Assembly: GCA_951406725.2 (NCBI GenBank)
Contig: OX597815.1
Coordinates: 79,918,001 to 79,982,000 of the forward strand
Source of the DNA: Octopus vulgaris
Taxonomy: Eukaryota
DNA: 64,000 bases
Reading direction: 5' to 3'
Shown: positions 55,210 through 64,000 of the stretch, in pieces
Numbering within the stretch: the first letter of the stretch is position 1
How the letters are laid out: each line of letters begins with the position of its first letter
Notes under the pieces: model-generated
Told to the model about the DNA's origin: nothing
Databases searched by the model: none
What the model saw: the letters and a program-made list of their open reading frames with translations, nothing else
Made by a program: the position numbers and the translations under genes

Positions 55210-56455
55210 TTAGGTTGAGGAAAAATTCATGAGCGTTTCATTTTTCATATTTAAAAATGCACGTAGAAATAGAACGCATTGGTAAAAGGTTTTATGTTAT
55301 TTAAAAGAGAATTGTTTTCTCTACAAGATAGTGTGTTTTGACTTTTTAATTTTATTGATATTTGTGTATTTTCAGATCATTAAAATGGAATGTCAAGTGG
55401 ACAAAGCTGAACATTCCCGACACCATTTACTCTTTGCATTTAATCTAGGTGTGAGGGCCGCCAGAGCTGCTCGTGAGATTTGTGCTGTGTATGGAGAAAG
55501 AGCAATGCCTTAAAGAACCGCCCACCGTTGGTTTTCACGTTTCAAAAACGGGAATTTTGCCCTTAAGGACGGATCACACACCGGTCAACCAATTGAATTC
55601 GATGGAGAGCGATTGAATCAATTTCTTCACGAAAATCTACATCAAAAGACCAGAGAATTGATAGAGTAGATGGATTGTGATAAAAAAAAAACCCAAAACA
55701 CTGCGGTATACCTCCTTCACTCAATGGGCAAGATTCGGAAACTAGGCGCTTGCGTGACACACACTCCGAGCGAAAACAACAAAGATCAACGCTCCGCAAT
55801 CGCTCGCTTGACGTCGCCCAACACATGGTCACAAACAGCGTTTTCTTCACCGTATTGTCACTGACGATGAAAAATGGTGTCTTTACGTCAATATGAAGCA
55901 GCGAAAAGAATGGCTCAGCCCCGACAAACAAGCGACTCCGTGAGCAAAGTAAGATCTTCATATTCGAAAGACCATGTGTGTATGGTGGGACTGGGAAGGC
56001 ATAATTCATTGCGGACTACTTGAATGCAACCAAGCACTCAATGCGGAGCTCTACGTTCAACAACTGCATCGACTCGACGAAGCAATTCAACAAAAAAGAC
56101 CAAATAGACAAAATGACGTTCTGCAACACGACAACGCCTGTAGTCACATCGCCAATATGACCAAAGCTGCGATTCAAGAACTCGAATGGGAAGTGCTGCC
56201 TCATCCTCCATACTCACCAGATTTGGATCCGTCAGATTTTCATCTCTTTCGACTAATTTCGAACGCTTTGCGCGGTGTGTCGTTCAATAATGGCGAGGAA
56301 TTGAGGGCTTGGTTGGACGAATTATTTGAGATTTCCATCGCTGAGGCAGCGAAAAACTTATGAAACAATGAATGGAAGCCGTAAAAAACAAGGGAGAGTA
56401 TATTGTTAATTTGTAATTTTTATGTTTAAAATAAATCTGAAAAAATGGCTCATAA

Positions 56456-56458
<3 letters not shown>
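55210..56458 (+). mobile_element. Decayed near-full-length mariner (DD34D)
   Basis: TA|ttaggttgaggaaaaattcatgagc 5' TIR; RIVTDDEKW, CVWWDWEGII, QHDNA, HPPYSPDLDPSDFHLF; stops and frameshifts; 3' TIR only partial. Confidence 0.92.
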
Positions 56459-56525
<67 letters not shown>

Positions 56526-56624
56526 ATGCATGTATATGTATATAATCACCCACTGTAAACATTATTATTAAAATAAAAATTATCCCCACCAAAAGCCATC
56601 TCTTCTCACTTTTTCAAATATATA

Positions 56625-57105
56625 CAGGGTGCGTAAGGTATTCGAGGACATACCTTTTTGGGCCATTGCTGCATTTTTGTTAAATCTGCATGATCTCTGT
56701 TTCAGAAAATAATAATGGCAGACCCTCAGCTTGCTCAAGAAATGAAGAGGCATGTTGTCATTGTGGTTATAAAGGCTGAGCATAGCTATTTAAAAATATT
56801 TTGATTTTTAAAAGATGACAGATCTTTAATCTTCAAAGTTTGTAAGGAGCTAGAAACTGAAGATGGAAACGTATCACCAGTATCAAAGCATAAAACGCAT
56901 TCTAAACGGCTCTGAAATCATCAGAACACGTGAATTTATCTAGCAAGTTCAACATACCATTGATTACAATCTCAGAAAGCCCATGAGGTCAATTGCAAAA
57001 GATCTCCATATGTTAGAAGGAACAGTTAGAAATGTCGACGAAGACGTTAGATATAAGTCTTATATGATGAGGAAATGTCAATTTATCAGAAAAAGCAAAA
57101 GAAGT
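56625..57105 (+). mobile_element. 5' fragment of a Tc1/mariner-superfamily element
   Basis: TA|cagggtg start; broken N-terminal frame QEMKRHVVIVVIKAEHS... Confidence 0.45.
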
Positions 57106-57109
57106 CGCA

Positions 57110-58168
57110 CGACTCTCTACCATAACATATCATCTGATGAAAAGATGAGCCTATATGAGTAGAAGACTATGCACGGATATGTTAGTAGGAAGCTCCATGA
57201 TAATAGTAACATCGATCATCAAAGCAGTTTTTCATGGACAAATAGCCAGATTATTACCCCCCCCCCCACACACACTTTGAAGGGTACGCGTTTGCAATCC
57301 AGGAACAGGAAATATCCACCTAGTTCCTGATGCACAAAAGAGATAGAGATGCGGGGAAAGCTGTAAAAGGTGACAACCGATGCAGACTTTGTGGAGTTCA
57401 CACTGAAGATATCACCCACATCATAAGCAGTTGTCCAAAAATGTCATAACGATATTATCTACTGATGAGACATGACGTTGTAGCTAGGACACTCTATAAT
57501 AAAATCCGTAGGAAGGATAATCCAAAGTACAAAGAAATAAAAAAGACAACAATATGGTAGAAGCCATAGCCACTCATAATGAATAGGAATATTGATGGAA
57601 TATACCAGTGTAGACCTCAATAAAATGTAAGCACCAGAGACCTGATATAATGATTTGGAATAGAGAAGAGAAACTGTGCACAGTTGTGGAAATTAGCTGC
57701 CCAGCGGATGTTAACATAAAGCTGAAGATCAGTGAAAATGAGGACACCTATGCTGAGAAATCTACAGTTACTCTATCCAGATTACAAGTTCAGGTTTATA
57801 CCAGTAATTATTGGGGTCCTGGGATACGTAACACACCGCCTAAATACCAATCTTGAGAAATTAGGCTTCTCAAAGCCAGAAAGGAGAAAACTAATTCGAA
57901 GGCTACAGCACCAGTCCATCACTGGAACTGTAAAAATCTGCAAAACTTTCCAGAGGTTTATCATTTAAATATATATGAGCATGTCTAGATATGCAACTAT
58001 ATGCATGAGAATACATACATAAAGGAAAACATACAAATCTGCACATACATAGATACATACAAAAATACCCTGTTGTTGATGTTGAAATTCCAATGAAGGA
58101 ACCATGGACCTATGTTAGAAACCAGTTCTTTCTCTATTGGCAAGAAATCTTGAAATAAACTGAATAAT

Positions 58169-58170
<2 letters not shown>
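57110..58170 (+). mobile_element. RLE-type LINE (same family as 18696-19947) ending in (CA)n
   Basis: CRLCG..TEDITHIISSCP, RHDVVA, RPDIMIWNREEKLCTVVEISCP; ends aataaactgaataatga-(ca)n. Confidence 0.88.
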
Positions 58171-58225
<55 letters not shown>

Positions 58226-58248
58226 ACACACATACACACACGCTCACT

Positions 58249-58280
<32 letters not shown>

Positions 58281-58669
58281 CATATTTCCCGATAAATGTT
58301 CGGCTATATATTACTGCAATACGTTGTAAAATACAGAATCGTAAGCTAGCGTTTGTATCTCTTTTGTACTTGCATAACACATCACACCAACACATCTGTC
58401 TCTCCTTCCGTGACCCAAATGTTGCCTCGCACCCCAGGCCTCGCATTTATTACTTCATCCATTTCCTTTCCTCACACCGTCTTCCGTCTCGAATTCCCTT
58501 CTTCGCTTCATTTTTCAGCTGGTTTGCATATGTTCAAACTGAACATCAACTGTATTAATCTTACCTACCTCCAAGGGCCTGCAAAAATCATGGGCGCAAC
58601 TTCTTTCTTGCTGTGCCTGATAAATAAGATATGACTATTAAGACTCGAAGTAATACATACATAAATATA

Positions 58670-58756
<87 letters not shown>

Positions 58757-58851
58757 TATGTATATATATACTTGTATACTTATACATACATGCCTATATG
58801 TGTGTATGTGCGTGTGCATATTTACGTTATATATATATATATATATATATA

Positions 58852-59234
58852 CTAGCAGTATCGCCCGGCGTTGCTCGGGTTTGTAAGGGAAATAATTATA
58901 TAAGCATTTTTAGAGATGTAAAGTATAATAGCCATCTCAATATGGCTAACCACAAAGGGGGAGGGGTGTTACTGTAGCTTTTTACGTTCTGAGATTTAAT
59001 AATAAATTTTAGAGAGTTACTTCCCTTATATATGTCAAAAATGGATTAAAAATGGGAAAAATTGATGGTAAATCGTAGACTCATCGTAGACGCGCTCTAA
59101 TACCCAGACGGTCTCGATATGAATCACGACTATAAGATACCCGGTTTTGGTTAAACTGCACCGCAAAATGTGGGAGTAGTTAGGAATCTAAATCGTAGGA
59201 GACAGACACACAACCTCACTTTTATATATAAAGA
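58852..59234 (-). mobile_element. Non-autonomous Helitron
   Basis: Minus: A|TCtttatatataaaa ... cccgagcaacgccgggcgatactgCTAG|T. Confidence 0.85.
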
Positions 59235-59394
59235 TTTCCTCTATTTACATAATATTGAGGTCTCTTTCTTTCTTTTGTTATCTTACTGTTTTTACCAATA
59301 TACATATATATATATATAAATATATATATAGTTACAGAGATGTACTTGCATAGCAAGTGACTTGATCTGAGATCGTGTGCTGGAACGAAAACAG

Positions 59395-59653
59395 TTGCAG
59401 CGTTGAAGGTGTTTATAAGCCATTTAAGAAACACACAAAAACCGTTAGATTCACTTCAACATTTAAATTTAATTTGTCAAAATATTTTCGTCGCTTTGAG
59501 ACCGCGACCTGTTAGCACGATATTTTTGTCAGTGAACAGGTCGCGGTCTCAAAGCGACGAAAATATTTTGGCAAATTAAATTTAAATGTTGAAGTGAATG
59601 TAACGGTTTTTGTGTGTTTCTTAAATGGCTTACAAACACCTTCAACGCTGCAA
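59395..59653. repeat. 119-bp near-perfect inverted repeat (21-bp spacer) containing an HHR
   Basis: 59395-59513 is the reverse complement of 59535-59653. Confidence 0.9.
59525..59575 (+). ncRNA. Minimal type-I hammerhead with G3:C8 swapped core
   Basis: tttgtca-GTGAACA-g-gtcgc(ggtctcaaa)gcgac-GAAA-atat-TT-tggcaaa. Confidence 0.75.
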
Positions 59654-59719
59654 TATATATATACACACACATATATATATGTATGTATGTATGTATGTGT
59701 GTATATGTGTATGCATGTA

Positions 59720-59950
59720 TGTGTGTGTGTGTGCGTGTCTGTGCTTGTGATTGTCCTCCACCACTGCTTGACAACGAATGTTGGTTTGTTTACATCCCTG
59801 TCACCTAGTGGTTTGACAAAGGAAACAGATAGAATAAGTACAATGCTTACAAAAATAAAACTGGAGTTGATTCATTAAACTACAATTCTTCAAGGCATTG
59901 CCCCAGCATGGCCACAGACCAATGGCTGGAAAAAGCAGAAGAATAAAAGA
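59720..59950 (+). mobile_element. SINE family A, 3' half
   Basis: ccactgcttgacaacgaatgttgg...ccccagcatggccacag. Confidence 0.7.
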
Positions 59951-60133
59951 ATACATTCTCTGCTTTGGTCTTATGTTCAAGGCATGAGAAAGCTTGAGTT
60001 TACATGAGAAGGCCTAACAGACCTGGTAGAAACAGCAGCCAAATCTCCCTCAAATCACACCTTACTGTCTTATCTTTCTGCTACTTGGATATAGGTCTTA
60101 TATTCGTCGTAAAAAACTTTCCTGTCACACACT

Positions 60134-60172
<39 letters not shown>

Positions 60173-60620
60173 CCTCACACACACACACGCGCGCACACAC
60201 ACACACTCACACACACGCACGTTAGCTTACAATTTTATTTATATATTTGCGTGTCTATGTGTGGAAAGAGGAAGTGGGAGGCAGAGTGAAAGAATCACTC
60301 ACTACATTTTATTCGTTGGCCACTGTGTGTGTGCGTTTGCGTGTGGTGTAAACCAGACTAAGAAAAGCATTTGACACACACACCAGAATGTGAGTTTTCT
60401 GTAAATTTTGCTTAATTGGAGTTTAAATTTTAAAAACTGGACCTGGCATGACGCGATGCATTCTACTCTTAAAAATGCTAGGTAAATTGTAATTGAAGAA
60501 ATCCTATATTGTAGATTTCTATAACTCCCAAAGGGAGGCAGATAAAATCTGCCTTTTATAATAAGATTATAATAAGAGATATATATATATATATACATAT
60601 ATCATATACATACATATATA

Positions 60621-61898
60621 TTAGGTCGTCAAGTATGATATTTGTAGACAAAAAGTTTGCTTGTGTTTTATAAATACAAGGAATTATTTTTTTCATCAAA
60701 GTATGCACCCATATTGTCAATACACTCTTGCCATTTCAGCGGTAGCTTGTCCCGCCCGGAACTGTAAAAGCCTGGCAATCTAGAGTCAATAAAATCTTGG
60801 AAGGCCTGTTTTACAACATCGTCGGAATAAAATGTTTTTTCCTGTCAAAAAGTTATCCAAATTCTGGAAGAAGTGGTAGTCAATGGGGGCGAGATCAGGT
60901 AAGTATAGTGGATGATGGAGAACTTTCCACTCTAACTCCTGTAGTTTCGCCAATGTCATTTTTGCTATGTGTAGTCTTGCTGGTCTTGCAATAAAATAGG
61001 AGTGGATCTGGTGTCTAATCTTGGCTGTTTTTTTTTGTAACTTTCTGCGTCATTTGGTCCAGTTGGCTTCAGTATAGTTCGGCTGTGATTGATGAGCCAG
61101 GTTTGATGAACTCATAATGGATCACACCTGCACCAGTCCACCAAACACACACCATCAGCTTCTTTTGATGAATTTTGCTTTTGGGACTGTGTTTTGGAGG
61201 CTAGTCTTTGTTCAACCTTCGTGCTGAACATTTACGGTTGTTGTATTGAATCCATTTCTTATTACATGTTACAATTCGATTCAAAAAGGATTAATTTTTG
61301 TGTCGAGAAAATAGCATAATGCAGGCTTCCAAACGTTGCGGTTTCTGATTTTCATTGAGTTCATGTGGACCCCACTAATCCAACTTTTTCACTTTACCGA
61401 TTTGAACTAGATGAGTCAGTATTGTTTGCTTGCTAACATCAAACGACAACAATAATTCACGGACACTTTGAGATGGATCTGACTCGACGGTGGTTTTCAG
61501 TTTGTCATTATCCACCTATGTTTCTGATCGACCGCGTTGCACTTGTGAGGTCAAAGTTACCAGAAGGAAATTTTGCAAACCAATTTGATACTGTCTGCTG
61601 AGTAATTAAATTAGAATGAAATACTCAATTAATATTCCAAGCTGTCTGTGATGCTGTATTTCCAAGAAAGAACTCATATTTCAAAACTGTACAAATTTCC
61701 GACTTATCCATCTCTAAACAAAAATAGCAAAAAACGATTTATAAATACTTTATAAAGTGCAAAATGAGTTAGAACAAAGAAATAGTGTCAGCTTTCTAAC
61801 GAAAAGTAAAGATTGTCAAAATATAACAATGGCGCAAAATGAGCAGCTGTCAAAGTTTACCGTATACCTTACTACAAATTTCCTACTTGACGACCTAA
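60621..61898 (-). mobile_element. Full-length decayed mariner with both TIRs
   Basis: TA|ttaggtcgtcaagtatgatatttgtag ... ctacaaatttcctacttgacgacctaa|TA; minus remnants MDKSEIC..LKYEF, PHELNENQK, LMVCVWWT, PDLAPIDYHFF. Confidence 0.9.
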
Positions 61899-61999
<101 letters not shown>

Positions 62000-62023
62000 A
62001 TCTAACTGTCTGTCTATCCATCC

Positions 62024-62064
<41 letters not shown>

Positions 62065-62072
62065 CCTCCCTA

Positions 62073-62148
<76 letters not shown>

Positions 62149-62247
62149 GCTATCTAGCTAGCTAGCTCTCTTTTTCTCTGTTTAGAAGATGTGCAGAAAG
62201 TCATGATGCTATTCAATATATCTTTCTCTTTTTAAGAGATTTAACAC

Positions 62248-63372
62248 ATGATGGTAGTTCCTACAGTAGATTTTGATAAAATTGAAGTACGGGTTGTCAT
62301 GAAATTTCTCTTTTTGCAAGACAAAGGATTGGCGGAAGAAAGTCTTGAAGGATGGCTGCTTCCCTTATTCCACAGTGAAAAAAAACTAGGTGTCCAGGTT
62401 TTTGACTGGTCATTTGGAGGTCATAGATGAACCTGGTCAGGACGGCCAACTTCCGCGGGCGAAGCGAACGAAGCTGACGCTGTGCACGTCATGGTTTTCA
62501 AAGACAGTCGGATTTCAACTAAAGCCATAACTGAGACTCTGGGAATTTCCCACGAAAGAGTTGGTAACATCATCCACAACATTCTGAGCATAGAAAGCTA
62601 TCTGCAAAACAGGTACCGAAATATCTGAACGCAGATAAGAAGCGTATCAGAGTGACGATATCAAAGGTGATTTTGAACCGGTTTGCAGCGGCACAGGCTG
62701 ATTTTATGACTCGTTTAGTCACCATGGATGAAACTTAGATTCATTATTATGATCCCCAGACCAAGCAGCAATCAGTGGATTGGTGCCACAACGGTTCTCC
62801 GCGTCCCAAGAAGTTTCGGATCCAGAAATTAGCCAGAAAGATTCTGGCTTCACTGTTCTGAGACAAAGACGGAGAACTCATAAAATAGTTATCAAAGGGT
62901 CACACCATCAGCACAGAATACTACCGCTCCGTTGGACGAACTGCTTGATGCTTTGAAGCAGAAACGCCGTGGAAAGCTGAGCCGTGGTGTCCTGCTTTTG
63001 CAGGGCGAAGCACCAGCAGGCACAGCACATGAAACTCTGCATAAAATACGCGACTCTGGCTTCGAATTGGTAGACTATCCACTTTGCTCTCCTGATTTGC
63101 CCCCCCCCCCTCCTTTGACTATCACCTCTTTCCACAACTGAAGAAACATCTTAAGGGAACAAAATTTCACTCCGATTCAGAAGCGATCACTGTAACAGAG
63201 GCCTGGCTGGAACCCCAAGCTTCCGAATTCTTTTTATAGGGCTTAGCAAAACCGAAGGACCGCTGCAATAAGTGTGTGAGTCTGAGAGGCAAATATGTAG
63301 AATAAAATAATAATTAACTGATCCTCCTGTATTTCCTTTTACCCAAGCCAGGAACTTTTCATTTCTCCCTCG
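62248..63372 (+). mobile_element. Decayed mariner lacking its 5' TIR
   Basis: VRVVMKFLFLQ, LVTMDET, HYYDPQTKQQS, SPRPKKFR, CSPDL; 3' end ggaacttttcatttctccctcg|TA. Confidence 0.85.
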
Positions 63373-63470
63373 TATCCCGCACTCTTTTGCAGCACCATTA
63401 AGTTACAGAAACTTAAAGAAAGCAAAACCAGTTCTAAGCGGTAGTCAGGCTCAAACACTAACACACACAG

Positions 63471-63568
<98 letters not shown>

Positions 63569-63574
63569 TTATAT

Positions 63575-63738
63575 ACGATAGGATTCTACAGTTTCCGACT
63601 ACGAAATTCCCTCACAGGGCATTAGTCGGTCGGGGTAACAGTTGACGACACTTGTCCAAGGTGCCGTATAGTGGCACTGAACCCAAAACCATATTACAAC
63701 AAAGGGGGCTTCTTAACCAAACAGAAAAGCCTGCACCT
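63575..63738 (-). mobile_element. SINE family A, 5' half
   Basis: cttgtccaaggtgccgtatagtggcactgaaccc matches the family A head. Confidence 0.7.
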
Positions 63739-64000
63739 ATACATACATACATACATACATACATACATACATACATACATACATACATACATACATACAT
63801 ACATACATACATACATACATTGCATTCTTTATTTGCTGTACAATTCTTCAGCTATTCATGTTCTGTTAAATAAAATGAGTTGAAAGCTATTAACCAGTTT
63901 AATGTTCAATCAATCATATGTTCCAACGTCTCATCCAGTGTATTAGTTTTCAATTGCAATGTAATATGGAAGGATTAGCTGAGCATTTGGTTGATCAGAA

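Noticed and set aside
55861-55875. ctgacgatgaaa hammerhead-like core
   Set aside because: It is the TDDEK catalytic codons of the mariner transposase and has no stems.

Overview
AT-rich, microsatellite-dense animal genomic DNA with no recognisable host protein-coding gene. The SINE families and repeat landscape look like Octopus (cephalopod), which is an inference from repeat types only. Almost all listed ORFs are translations of microsatellites. Genuine coding remnants are all transposon-derived: RLE-type (Dong/R4-like) LINEs, a Tx1/L1-like LINE, RTE LINEs, and several mariner/Tc1 copies. The window also holds two non-autonomous Helitrons and tRNA-derived SINEs. The most striking unannotated signal is a set of at least nine type-I hammerhead ribozyme (HHR) motifs from several unrelated short non-coding repeat families. 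They have very short, mostly palindromic stem III and sit in partial-tandem or inverted arrangements typical of Penelope-like/retrozyme elements. They include a full-consensus HHR in a ~460-nt unit forming a 1.2-kb palindrome, a G3:C8 compensatory-core variant, and an HHR downstream of a tRNA-like Pol III head. Also seen: microsatellite-associated LINE insertions (TAA, CA, TATC) and two local templated duplications. Everything was read by eye; boundaries of decayed elements are approximate.
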